Virus record (IMG/VR): IMGVR_UViG_3300037312_000927
From: a virus
Length of the DNA stretch: 64,000 bases
Strand: one strand, 5' to 3'
Shown: positions 8,846 to 18,192 of the stretch, piece after piece
How positions within the stretch are numbered: position 1 is the first letter of the stretch
Layout: each line of letters starts with the position of its first letter
Position numbers and translations under genes: made by a program
The notes under the pieces: model-generated
What the model saw: the letters and a program-made list of their open reading frames with translations, nothing else
Told to the model about the DNA's origin: nothing
Database searches by the model: none

Positions 8846-10720
8846 TTAGTTCTTCTCGTTAGGTCTCAGTGCTAATAGTTCCTGCAGCTTAACTACGTTG
8901 TCGCCAAGCATGCGATAAACAGATTTCAGGTTTGCCAGGAATCCAAAGACCGAATCGGTGTCGTTGTTTTCACTCAGCTGATTGATATGTACACGGCTCA
9001 GGAATAGAATTCTACCAAGTTTATCAATGCACTCTTCGATATCCGGAATGTATTCCTGGATCAAATCAAACATGTTAGGCGCCTGTAGCAGTTCCGAAAT
9101 AATCGTCGCTTCAGTAACCTGTGCATCGCTAAGAGCTAGACTTTTCTGAACACTAGGAATAAACGATCCGTTAAGTCCTAGTTTTCCTTGAGGCTGAGGT
9201 TTTTCACCGAACTCGGCAATCTGACCAGCTTCAAAACGTTGACCCGCCTGTTTACTAAGGTAGATCGTCGTTACTTTTTTCTCTTTAGCCTGCTTGATAA
9301 AACTTTTAGCCAGAGTAGGATCAATGCTTTCTTCTACAACGAGACGTTGCATTGCCGCTTTTTCTTGACCTAAAATTTCGCCGTTAGCAGAGAATTCTAC
9401 ACCATCGAATGAAAGTTTTAAAGTGTCTCCAAGCAATTCTTTTTGACTGATGCAGTGCTTGATACTGGCAGCATTAGCGGTAACCTCAATATCTGAACTC
9501 AGATTTGCACCCAGTTTAATAACCAGAGATGAATACGGAATATAGATATCACGGCCTTCTTTTTGAGGAGCCATACCGTAGTTACGATATGCGTGAATTT
9601 TAACAACCCCGGCCATAGGGCCAGCAATTACGCTTACGTCCATCTCTACGCCAAGGTGATTCATCATCACTTTACGTGCAGTGAACACTCCTAGTAGTTC
9701 TGCGCTACCGTTGATGATAGCAAAGGTATCATCAATCGTCACATCCCGGGGCAACACTGGAGGGTTATATTCAAAGATAGTATTCAGAACTTCTTTTCTA
9801 GCCAGTTTATCGCCTTTGACGACAAACTTATTTGAAACTGCATAATCACCGCTGGTGAAAATAGCTACTGAACCTGCTGAAGATCCCAGGCTTTGACCGA
9901 TGTCCATCAGCCTAGGGACAAATGCTTCTTTAGTAGATGCATTTTGCATTACCACTTCGTAATCACTATCACCATCAACATCACTGATGGTCGTGAATTT
10001 ACCATCGTTTTGATCTTCTAGGGTAACTGCGACCCTATTAATATCAGGTGCACCTCTGACTGAGTATCCGTTTTCAAGGATGGCTTTGATCTCAACCGGG
10101 GTCAGACCCTCATCCTTAATAGTGATGATTTGTACCGGTGCAAGGTTACCGACGGTCGAGGCCGGGCTCTTTACTGCACGAGATTTCAGAGCTGCAAATA
10201 AGTCCTTGATAGAGAACATCTTATGAAGATTCTCATAGACCGTTTTCTCTTCCGAGATTTTTTCCAGGGTGAAGTCTTTGAGATAATCAGGCATAGATGC
10301 CATGAAATCACCAAGTCTGCTTGTGGAAGCGGAAACGAATTTACCGGTTCTAGGGGGATTAATTAGCTGACTTACATCAGGGTTCAGGTTAGCAGAGGTC
10401 GGGATTTTCTTACCTCTACCTTGGTCCATTTGACTGGAGCTTACGATCGTAGCAATAGTCTTCTTAGTGATGGGGAAGAACTTCTGTCTTGAAGCAAAGA
10501 AGATGCTATCGATTGGATATACGTTATCCATTTTCGATACGACTGGTACATAGAATACCTCCGCTCCCGATTTAAGAATGAATACGCCGACCTTCATATC
10601 GGATTCTTCCTGGAGATCATCAGTGATGTCTTTGAAACTCAGGATCAATCCACCCAGTTCAGGGCTAGTAGCCAGGAACTTTGAAAGTGCGATGTCATTA
10701 AAATCTTGATTTTGGTCCAC
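8846..10720 (-). CDS. Large hypothetical virion protein
   Basis: 624 aa in the head module; FIKQAK and LSKQAG motifs; SD-like AAGGA upstream of the GTG start. Confidence 0.6.
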   Translation of the reverse strand: MDQNQDFNDIALSKFLATSPELGGLILSFKDITDDLQEESDMKVGVFILKSGAEVFYVPVVSKMDNVYPIDSIFFASRQKFFPITKKTIATIVSSSQMDQGRGKKIPTSANLNPDVSQLINPPRTGKFVSASTSRLGDFMASMPDYLKDFTLEKISEEKTVYENLHKMFSIKDLFAALKSRAVKSPASTVGNLAPVQIITIKDEGLTPVEIKAILENGYSVRGAPDINRVAVTLEDQNDGKFTTISDVDGDSDYEVVMQNASTKEAFVPRLMDIGQSLGSSAGSVAIFTSGDYAVSNKFVVKGDKLARKEVLNTIFEYNPPVLPRDVTIDDTFAIINGSAELLGVFTARKVMMNHLGVEMDVSVIAGPMAGVVKIHAYRNYGMAPQKEGRDIYIPYSSLVIKLGANLSSDIEVTANAASIKHCISQKELLGDTLKLSFDGVEFSANGEILGQEKAAMQRLVVEESIDPTLAKSFIKQAKEKKVTTIYLSKQAGQRFEAGQIAEFGEKPQPQGKLGLNGSFIPSVQKSLALSDAQVTEATIISELLQAPNMFDLIQEYIPDIEECIDKLGRILFLSRVHINQLSENNDTDSVFGFLANLKSVYRMLGDNVVKLQELLALRPNEKN

Positions 10721-10791
10721 GTGTTAATTCCTTAAAAATATACTCTATTTTAATGCTTGCAATAATACTTACTATTTTACTGCATATTATA

Positions 10792-11589
10792 TCAGCATCC
10801 TACTGGACCTCTATTATCCCCACTAGCTTTAGTCGTAGTAGGTCCACTTACTAGGTTTCCACTGTTATTTCCGGGCATAGCAGCACCCGGTCCATTCGCT
10901 ACTCTATACGAATCTCCATACAGAATTGAAGTCGCATATGCTTGAGGTGTTGAGTTGAACTTATCCATACCTTTACCGAGGTATAGTCCGAATGTAGCCA
11001 TAGTTCGGTTCGAATAAGGCTTAGCTCCGGTAGGCGGATTGCTGACGTAACCCGGTGCTATTTTATATTTATCTTCAAGGATTATAAGTCCCGCTAATAT
11101 CTGGTTAGTTATATTATCAGGACCTAATACCGTATTAATATCAACACCAGGCTCAACTATCAGATCACCCGCCAAATCTGCCCTCATGCGTAAAAGCTCG
11201 CTAGTCCCGTTAGAGTTGGCCCCTTTTATAAGGTACCAGCCAGTGGCCTGCATGAGTCCAAAGCCTGCTACGGAGTTTCTAAGATTAACACGCTCTTGCT
11301 GAGTAGTAGCAGGATTTCTCATTTTCGCTGCTATACTTGGAAATCCTAGGAATTTCTTCAGTTGGGCCTCTCCGTGTATGCCTGAGTTAGCGTTAGGATT
11401 GAACGCACTTTCTTTATAAATACAAGCCATTACTAACTTTGTTATATCCTGTATTGTACCCAAAGTCGATGAAAAATGTTTTTTTATAAGTTCATCAACT
11501 TCAGATCTAATGGCCTGGGCAGAGGAATAAGACTTTGAAATAGCACTAGGTTTACTATTAGATTTTGCTAGCCCTACAGTGGTTGACAT
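10792..11589 (-). CDS. Lytic transglycosylase (SLT/lysozyme-like)
   Basis: ACIYKESAFNPNA (catalytic Glu-Ser) and GFGLMQ motifs. Confidence 0.8.
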   Translation of the reverse strand: MSTTVGLAKSNSKPSAISKSYSSAQAIRSEVDELIKKHFSSTLGTIQDITKLVMACIYKESAFNPNANSGIHGEAQLKKFLGFPSIAAKMRNPATTQQERVNLRNSVAGFGLMQATGWYLIKGANSNGTSELLRMRADLAGDLIVEPGVDINTVLGPDNITNQILAGLIILEDKYKIAPGYVSNPPTGAKPYSNRTMATFGLYLGKGMDKFNSTPQAYATSILYGDSYRVANGPGAAMPGNNSGNLVSGPTTTKASGDNRGPVGC

Positions 11590-13415
11590 TAGTATTTCCC
11601 GTCTGCGCCTTCACCAAACTCTGTGCCCATAATATATGGAGCAATAGGGTCCGTGGAATGAATAGGACTTTCTTCGTGAAAAGATGCGGCTTGAGTAATT
11701 GTATCTTTCAACTTTGCAAAACTTAACTTACTGATCCAATTTTTATCCAGTAACTTAGCAGTCTGTAAACCTGGGACAATAGGAGTAACTCTCAACCTTG
11801 TCGGGCTCACAAAGATCTTAGTGATACCATGATCGGTTAGCTCTTTTACGTGATTAGAGTCTAAGAGCGTGCCCGGGGTCAAATTAAGGATTGGCTTAGC
11901 AAGTATCTTACCTGCACCATCCTCAGTGGAAATTTCACCCTCGGTATGTTGTAGGTATTTTGCAATAGCATTGATCTCTACTTTATCGCCCGGAAGAAAT
12001 GGACTTTCACCCGGATCTGTTACCTGTACATACCGGATCAAATTCTTAGCAATGATCTCAAAGTGACGTGGATCTAAGCCACCGCCGTAAATATTACGAA
12101 GCTCATCTGCCAAATAACGTCTACCTGCACCCATCCCACGAAGAGCTACGAGTTTACGAGGATTAATAACGCCATCGCTCAGTCTATCCCCTTGTAAAAC
12201 ATTGTCGCCTTCTTTGATAACCAGAGGCTGAGAGATGGGTACGAAGTGTTTAATACCATTGACATAGACGTTACTATCACCGAGGCTGGTTGTTTCGATT
12301 TTGTTAACCTTACCGTTCAAGGTAGAAATTGTCGCCTCGTCCTGGAAGTTTTCAGTAGGATTATTCAGAAGATTACTAGCTTGTTGATAGGCGTTACCTC
12401 TACGTTCTCCGACCGTTGCCTTGTGCTTAGTACCAAGCATAGCCTGAGTAAGGACTTCTGACACAGATTGTGCAGCGATAACTCCAACGTTCTCTCCGGT
12501 CTCTGGCATCTTACCATTACCCATCAGTCCATGGCACTTTTTACAGATACCATCTGGCGCTTCACAAGTCATAGAACTACGAACTTTGACTTCTTTTTTG
12601 CCGCTCTGTACAAGTTCATTCAGATAGGCTTCGTCAATGAGTTTATTGGTACGAGCTTCAAATCTACCAAGAACGGCTTTTTTATCGTCTGTTCTCTGGA
12701 TGATACCGTTGCGGGTACCACAGTCATCGATGGTGATAACTTCATGAAAGACGGTAGGAGAAATACGCTTGAATAGGGCTCCAGGAAGGGCTGTGGAGAG
12801 CTGAGACAGCACGGTGCTACCCCTACCCATGTATGACAGCGCAAGAGCCTCAGCGGGGCTCATACCTTCTGCAAACGAGTGTTTGATAACGATAGGGACC
12901 AGATTACCCGACATGTTCGCCGACATCAGTGGAGTAGAGGTTGCAGTACCTAGCTGGGCCGGGTTACCACGGGCGCCAGTTTGAGCCATACGAGCTGCCA
13001 TAGATCCCTTTGGAACAAGGTATTCAAGGTTTTGTTTCTCGATGATTTTGTTGTACTTACCAGTAAGTTCTGCCAAAGCCGAGTTCAGTTGGGTCTTGTT
13101 TTTGATCTTAGACTTGAGATCAGTGACTTTGTAGTCGTATTCCTTAATAATGGCTTGTCTTTCATCACTATCATTGATGTAATCGCTTAGGGGTGTAGAT
13201 GCACCAATCTCATACGCTTTGGTAAAGAACGTCTTTCCAAGATCATTGATAGTTTCGTGGGCTTTATCCCCACCCTTACTCAGCAGCATGTTAACAAGTT
13301 TAGACATACCAGGTTTGTCTAGCACTTGATGAACGTCATATGCTTTTTTCGCTTCTTCAGTAGGCATGGAGTGCTTCAACAGCAGGCTTCCAGCGGTTGT
13401 ATAGTTAGTAGTCAT
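11589..13415 (-). CDS. rpoC: RNA polymerase beta' subunit, C-terminal part
   Basis: Bridge-helix-like FAEGMSPAEAL...STALPGALFKRI; Zn ligands DDCGT, RSSMTC, ICKKCHG; trigger-loop region GENVGVIAAQSVSEVLTQAMLGTKH. Confidence 0.92.
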   Translation of the reverse strand: MTTNYTTAGSLLLKHSMPTEEAKKAYDVHQVLDKPGMSKLVNMLLSKGGDKAHETINDLGKTFFTKAYEIGASTPLSDYINDSDERQAIIKEYDYKVTDLKSKIKNKTQLNSALAELTGKYNKIIEKQNLEYLVPKGSMAARMAQTGARGNPAQLGTATSTPLMSANMSGNLVPIVIKHSFAEGMSPAEALALSYMGRGSTVLSQLSTALPGALFKRISPTVFHEVITIDDCGTRNGIIQRTDDKKAVLGRFEARTNKLIDEAYLNELVQSGKKEVKVRSSMTCEAPDGICKKCHGLMGNGKMPETGENVGVIAAQSVSEVLTQAMLGTKHKATVGERRGNAYQQASNLLNNPTENFQDEATISTLNGKVNKIETTSLGDSNVYVNGIKHFVPISQPLVIKEGDNVLQGDRLSDGVINPRKLVALRGMGAGRRYLADELRNIYGGGLDPRHFEIIAKNLIRYVQVTDPGESPFLPGDKVEINAIAKYLQHTEGEISTEDGAGKILAKPILNLTPGTLLDSNHVKELTDHGITKIFVSPTRLRVTPIVPGLQTAKLLDKNWISKLSFAKLKDTITQAASFHEESPIHSTDPIAPYIMGTEFGEGADGKY

Positions 13416-13452
13416 GGTGTTATTTTAGTTTCACTATATTCGCAGATTTTAC

Positions 13453-13466
13453 ACTATGCACATAGT
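13453..13466. promoter_or_regulatory. Palindromic operator-like site between divergent genes
   Basis: ACTATG-CA-CATAGT; a further CACATAGTT half-site at about 13493. Confidence 0.4.
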
Positions 13467-13467
13467 T

Positions 13468-13478
13468 TTTGGTATAAG
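13468..13478 (+). promoter_or_regulatory. Class B promoter TTTGGTATAAG
   Basis: Recurrent intergenic motif upstream of 13575. Confidence 0.7.
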
Positions 13479-13574
13479 AATTATGCAGTCAACACATAGT
13501 TAACTGCTTAGAACGCAGTACGAAAGTACGAGCATGTTTATATAAGATTTTAATAACCACCCAGAAGGAAAATT

Positions 13575-14204
13575 ATGAATACCCAAACCAATAACGACGC
13601 CACTAACGACCAACTTCAAGGCCCGATGCAGGCAGGTATCCGTAAGGCCAACGATACTCATCACCCCAAGCGTGTTGTCGGCAGAGAGGTCTCGTTGCTG
13701 AATACATCACGGGCTATCTACGAGTTCCTGGAAAAAGAAACGACCGGCACATTGGTTGCGGAACTTCAAGACGCTTTGGAGCCGTTTGGGTACCATGCTG
13801 CTTCGGTTGCAGCTGCGGTAACAAACATGTATAAGGCCGGCATGTTGACCCGTACCCAGAAATCCCCGTATGCCTACATGTGGAATAAGCAGGCTACGCC
13901 GCCGGATACCTCGATGGTCAACATCGTCGTGGCTCCGACTCGGGCACAGCAGAAGGTCAAGGACCGTGCGATCAGGGCGGCACAGGAGGCTGGAGAGAAT
14001 TCTTTGCCGAAACGTCGTGAGGTTGACAAACAATCGACTGAACAGCTCCTCCAGGGTCTGGCTGAAAGTATGGAGAACGGTGATATCCGTAATCTGGAGC
14101 ATAGTGTCCAGTTGATCAAGAATCATCTTGACAGCATTGTTCGTGGGGTCAAGACGGTGCATGCGGTATCTGCAATGATCCGGGCCAACGGCAAGATCGG
14201 GTAA
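13575..14204 (+). CDS. Putative winged-helix DNA-binding protein
   Basis: RAIYEFLEK...TLVAELQDAL...SVAAAVTNMYKAGMLTRTQKSPYAYMWN has wHTH helix/wing spacing; C-terminal coiled coil. Confidence 0.5.
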   Translation: MNTQTNNDATNDQLQGPMQAGIRKANDTHHPKRVVGREVSLLNTSRAIYEFLEKETTGTLVAELQDALEPFGYHAASVAAAVTNMYKAGMLTRTQKSPYAYMWNKQATPPDTSMVNIVVAPTRAQQKVKDRAIRAAQEAGENSLPKRREVDKQSTEQLLQGLAESMENGDIRNLEHSVQLIKNHLDSIVRGVKTVHAVSAMIRANGKIG

Positions 14205-14242
14205 TACCCGGAAAACGAGGCATTGAACCTCGTTTTTTAGCC

Positions 14243-14880
14243 AAGTGTCCAAAAAACTGGACACCTGTCCAAAATTCCAGGACATGTCCAATTTCTATAA
14301 TCTCAGTGATTTATAACGTTTTGGAGCGAAGTGTCCAAGGTGTCCAAAAACGCTAAAAAAAACTGGACACCTATTTCATTTATAAATATTGGTGTTATAG
14401 GCCAAATGTCCAGTTTTTCGCCGTTTTTTGAAAAACATACACCCACCTTTATAAAAAATCTCTCAGAATTTTTGGAAAACTGGTATTTGAAACATTCCGT
14501 TACAAGTCAAGAAACTGCGTCATATTATATATATTTATATATATTTATTATTTATATATTATATATTATATATATAGAGAAGTAATAAACACTGGAGAGA
14601 TAGCTGATTCCATAAAAGTAGATTTGCTGAGGGTAGGGTAGGCTGTGAGAATTTCTCCTCGTTCCTCTCTATAAAGGTCGGTGTATGTTTTTCTAAAAAT
14701 CGCAAAAAACTGGACATTTGAGTTGTAAGCCCAATGTCTACAGTTGAAAGAGGTGTCCAGTTTTATTTTGACCATTTTGGACAATTGGACAGTAGTGTTT
14801 ATACAATCAATATTTGTTGGTATTTTAAGATAAGACACTTTTAAATAAAAATGGACACTTGTCCAAGAAACTGGACACCT
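14243..14880. repeat. Symmetric AT-cored element, copy 1 (origin-like)
   Basis: Non-coding; many TGTCC/GGACA pentamers; internal inverted repeat 14431-14453 vs 14670-14692 (1 mismatch) centred on the AT-only tract at about 14522-14576; inverted copy at 55870-56505. Confidence 0.9.
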
Positions 14881-14898
14881 TTCATTAATCCTCCCATT

Positions 14899-14909
14899 TT
14901 TGGTAAAAG
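14899..14909 (+). promoter_or_regulatory. Class B promoter variant TTTGGTAAAAG
   Basis: One mismatch to the consensus; upstream of 14960. Confidence 0.5.
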
Positions 14910-14959
14910 ATATATGTAGAGCATTATTTTTTTATCAACCTATTTAGAAAGGTAGAAAT

Positions 14960-16213
14960 ATGATCAATCAAAGCGCTGCTCTTGCACACTTCACCGCTAG
15001 TACCGGATTTGTAACTGCCAATATCGGGCGCCAACGGTACATCGAGTCTGCTGAAAACATCCGTGCAAACCTGTCCCGTCGGTCCGGAATCCATACTAAA
15101 TATACTCAAACCGTTATGCCAATTCCAGATGGCAACATGAAACCATCTATCGATATTCTGGTTAAACGTGAAGCTTGGCCTACCGAGTGGATGAACCAAA
15201 TAGGACGTAAAGGTCTAATGACTGAACAATATTCAAAACTCCCCGATGCTGATGTGTACTCTTTCAGATGGATGGACCATGTGGTGAATATGCATCTCGT
15301 TGACGAACTTGAAGCTGCAGGGTTTTACTATAGATATCATGGTATCAGCGAAATTATCAATGAGATTATCAAACCCTTGGATTTCTCTTTTGGTGAGGGA
15401 GGTCTTTCTTTGAATATCGAAGGCTTTGGCCCCAAGCTCTTGAGTTCCAATCCGTCGGTTATCGGGGCAATGATAGGGCTGGACCTCAGCTCGTATTATC
15501 ACGGAGTTAATAATAAGAGGGATATCTGGATTATCCTTGCCCGCATGTCCGTGTACAATAAGAGTACGTTTGCAGCGATTGCGGCAGCTTCTCCTATCTC
15601 TGCTACAGAAAGGCCTCTCCTAGCAGAGTTCGCAGCATATTCAGCGGCATCATCTGATATGATTATGTTCGACCCCAATAAGTACAATGGCCATAATTGG
15701 GCTAATAACTTCCGTAGCCAGTTCCCAGAAATTGTCGGGAAGATTGTTTCGATCAAGGAATCTACCGATTTCAAGAATCTTGTGAAAACGAAGTTTAACG
15801 AAACGATTGTATCCGAAATCACAGGCCTTTCAGGTGAGAACCTTAATCAACTCATGAAGACCTACGTAGATAGCTTCAAGAGTGAAAATGAGTTTAATAC
15901 CTATGTTTTGTCCAGTCTCCCGGACACGGTCAAGACTTCTCTCCTCGATCTTAAGACAAAGCTTTACCCGGACGGGATCCCCACCCCAGCATCAGAACAG
16001 GTAGAACAGGATCCTGTGAAGGAAGAGAAAGCTAAAAGAGTTCGTAAGACTAAGAAGGCCGCAGGAGAAAAGGTGAAGAAGGTTGTAGAAGAGCGGCCTA
16101 AGAAAACCCTTCCGAAGAAAAAGGCTGCTCAAGCCGTAGAAGAAGCGATGGATATTTTGACCCCCATCCCCGCTTCTGACTGGCCTTATCCAGGTCATGC
16201 ACGTCCAGCTTAA
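14960..16213 (+). CDS. Degenerate Pol-beta-type nucleotidyltransferase-like protein
   Basis: IDILV, YSFRW..VVNMHLV, F(S)FGEGGL, FNETIVSEITGLSGENL resemble a phage nucleotidyltransferase family, but the catalytic G-D-x-D and third Asp appear lost; Lys-rich C-terminal tail. Confidence 0.45.
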   Translation: MINQSAALAHFTASTGFVTANIGRQRYIESAENIRANLSRRSGIHTKYTQTVMPIPDGNMKPSIDILVKREAWPTEWMNQIGRKGLMTEQYSKLPDADVYSFRWMDHVVNMHLVDELEAAGFYYRYHGISEIINEIIKPLDFSFGEGGLSLNIEGFGPKLLSSNPSVIGAMIGLDLSSYYHGVNNKRDIWIILARMSVYNKSTFAAIAAASPISATERPLLAEFAAYSAASSDMIMFDPNKYNGHNWANNFRSQFPEIVGKIVSIKESTDFKNLVKTKFNETIVSEITGLSGENLNQLMKTYVDSFKSENEFNTYVLSSLPDTVKTSLLDLKTKLYPDGIPTPASEQVEQDPVKEEKAKRVRKTKKAAGEKVKKVVEERPKKTLPKKKAAQAVEEAMDILTPIPASDWPYPGHARPA

Positions 16214-16233
16214 TCTCCGTTCGTAAGAACGTT

Positions 16234-16261
16234 AAAAACAGGGCTTAACCCCTGTTTTTTA
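16234..16261 (+). terminator. Rho-independent terminator
   Basis: AAAAACAGGG-cttaac-CCCTGTTTTT. Confidence 0.75.
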
Positions 16262-16284
16262 GCTTAATGTGGTAAAATATATTC

Positions 16285-17544
16285 ATGCCAACACTATCAC
16301 ATAACCAAGAAGTACTACTAACTCGTCAAAGACACGAGGCCGAAAGAATGGGCCTACACTTCGATTATCGAATCGTTGTAGGTGACAAAGCTTTTTCATG
16401 GGCAACTAAAAAGGATATGCCGGGCGTTGGCTCGTCTATCATTCTATGGGAACAGCCTGTGCATGATAGTGCATACGCATTGAGTAAAAAAGTCATCATT
16501 CCTACTGGTCAATACGGCGCCGGAGTTACTACTTTGGATTGGGTTAGAAAAGGCACGGTTAACAATCCTGGAGAGGACCCGGAGAAATTCACATTAACCA
16601 CTAAACGTGGAGAACGATATCTCTTCAAGAAGCTTCCTACCAAGTACGGCGAAAAAGCGTGGTTGTTTAAAAATCTAGGATCCATTCAAAACGAATTTCT
16701 AGATAAAACCGCCAGCCTTATAGGAGGAGCTTTAGGTACTCACATAGCTCAAAACATTGCTACCAAAGCTGCTCTGGGGCATAAGGGGATTAGTAGATAT
16801 CTTGCTAACTCGTTCTCGGAAGGCGTCCATGGGGTAGTAAATACCAGTCTAGGTTCTAGGGCTAAAAAATTCCTATCAGGAGCAATTTTACCGGACATTG
16901 CAGTAGCCCACAGGAAAGCCCATGATTTTGGACGTGCTATGAACCCAGTTATATCGATGGCAGACAAGCGGCAAAAGGTTGGGTTACGTATGCTAAGTGA
17001 AGGTAGGATTGAGGACCTTAAAAAGCACAAACTACACCTAGATCCCATCATTCAAAAAGCCCACGGAATAGCTAAGGAACATATGGAAGACTTACCGGCC
17101 CTAGACTCGGTCTTGGATAAAGGTAAATCCATTCAAAAGATATTCAACGATAAAGCTCATCCTCTAGCATCCAATATTTTGAAGAATATTAGTAGGGGTA
17201 ATAAACCGGTAGGTCCTCAGTTTAGACTGGCAGCCCCACGATCTACTCTACCTGTAGTTGGATCATTATCAAGTACCCTAATAGATCCCTCGGGTGGTGT
17301 CATTAACTCTGCCAAGACTTTGATGTCTAGTAAGACTTTTAGTAGCACTAGACTTGGTAAAAAGATAAATGATTCCCTGGAAAAACATCTTGTAGTTAAG
17401 CCTATTAAATCAGGCTTATCAGGAGGAGCGCCTGTTACTAAAAAAGATAAGCTTAAACACACCGCAGCTGAAGTCTTGGTGAATCCGGTGTCTGCAAACC
17501 TAAAAAGAACATCGGCTGCTATCACCGATGCTCTTAAGACCTAA
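16285..17544 (+). CDS. LigD-type DNA 3'-phosphoesterase domain fused to a virion-protein-like domain
   Basis: RQRH-x6-LHFDYR...SWA...PVH-x3-Y...GQYGAG matches the LigD PE motif (H,H,D,R,H,Y); followed by NEFLDKTASL and glycine-rich helices. Confidence 0.8.
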   Translation: MPTLSHNQEVLLTRQRHEAERMGLHFDYRIVVGDKAFSWATKKDMPGVGSSIILWEQPVHDSAYALSKKVIIPTGQYGAGVTTLDWVRKGTVNNPGEDPEKFTLTTKRGERYLFKKLPTKYGEKAWLFKNLGSIQNEFLDKTASLIGGALGTHIAQNIATKAALGHKGISRYLANSFSEGVHGVVNTSLGSRAKKFLSGAILPDIAVAHRKAHDFGRAMNPVISMADKRQKVGLRMLSEGRIEDLKKHKLHLDPIIQKAHGIAKEHMEDLPALDSVLDKGKSIQKIFNDKAHPLASNILKNISRGNKPVGPQFRLAAPRSTLPVVGSLSSTLIDPSGGVINSAKTLMSSKTFSSTRLGKKINDSLEKHLVVKPIKSGLSGGAPVTKKDKLKHTAAEVLVNPVSANLKRTSAAITDALKT

Positions 17545-17684
17545 TTCTTTTTATCCCCGAATCTTACGGTAGTGACTTTAATTGCTAGCGCCGCCACTAA
17601 TGTACAGAACACTATCGGATGCTCTTCGAAGTACACGAATATAGGATTTGTGTAATAACTCAGATAGAATAGTGCAGTATCCAT
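17541..17684 (-). CDS. Small membrane protein (47 aa), not in the ORF track
   Basis: MDTALFYLSYYTNPIFVYFEEHPIVFCTLVAALAIKVTTVRFGDKKN; SD AAGGAG and a class B promoter upstream; stop overlaps the stop of 16285-17544. Confidence 0.75.
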   Translation of the reverse strand: MDTALFYLSYYTNPIFVYFEEHPIVFCTLVAALAIKVTTVRFGDKKN

Positions 17685-17712
17685 TATAAACTCCTTTATA
17701 TATGGTGTATAT

Positions 17713-17723
17713 CTTATACCAAA
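17713..17723 (-). promoter_or_regulatory. Class B promoter TTTGGTATAAG (minus strand)
   Basis: CTTATACCAAA on the plus strand; about 30 nt upstream of the 17684 ATG. Confidence 0.7.
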
Positions 17724-17748
17724 ATTGGGGTATCTAACTTAGAATAAT

Positions 17749-18192
17749 ATGAATAAATATTTAGAAAAAATTGCAAATTGGCATGAAGTAGAACCTGGGC
17801 TACACTATGACTACTCTAGTGGACGTTACCATATATCTCAAGATAAAGAAAACTCCATTAACTCTACTCTAGATAAACGACACGTTACTGCAGGGGCAAA
17901 AGTTTTTGGAGGACTGGGCGCTGTAGGGTTAGGTGGACTAGGGTTAGCAGTAGGGGAACGATCTATATTCGGTGCTCCTAGAAACCTATCTCATAGGTTA
18001 TCACGTGGACTACGAGGAGCAATTATAGGTGGTGGATTGGGAGCTGCGACTGGAGCCTTATTAGCCCAAGGCGGTAATAACCAGGTCCATGCAAGTGGTA
18101 GAACTTTAGAACGCAGGTTACATAGTGAAATTGCCTCAAGAGCAGGAGATTATAGAAGAACTACGGCATATCAAATGCTTAATGGTGATTAA
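17749..18192 (+). CDS. NKYLEKIA-leader protein with glycine-zipper hairpin
   Basis: MNKYLEKIAN; GLGAVGLGGLGLAVG and GAIIGGGLGAATGALLA. Confidence 0.7.
   Translation: MNKYLEKIANWHEVEPGLHYDYSSGRYHISQDKENSINSTLDKRHVTAGAKVFGGLGAVGLGGLGLAVGERSIFGAPRNLSHRLSRGLRGAIIGGGLGAATGALLAQGGNNQVHASGRTLERRLHSEIASRAGDYRRTTAYQMLNGD

Noticed and set aside
14243-14420. GTGTCC/GGACAC repeats as a CRISPR array
   Set aside because: Repeats are short, irregularly spaced and in both orientations; there is no constant repeat-spacer period and no cas operon (the Cas4-like nuclease at 49165 is a usual phage replication gene)
14331-14838. ORFs 14331-14585 and 14566-14838 (likewise 56306-56542) in the ORF track
   Set aside because: They read through the AT tract and pentamer arrays of the repeat element and lack SD and coding-like composition
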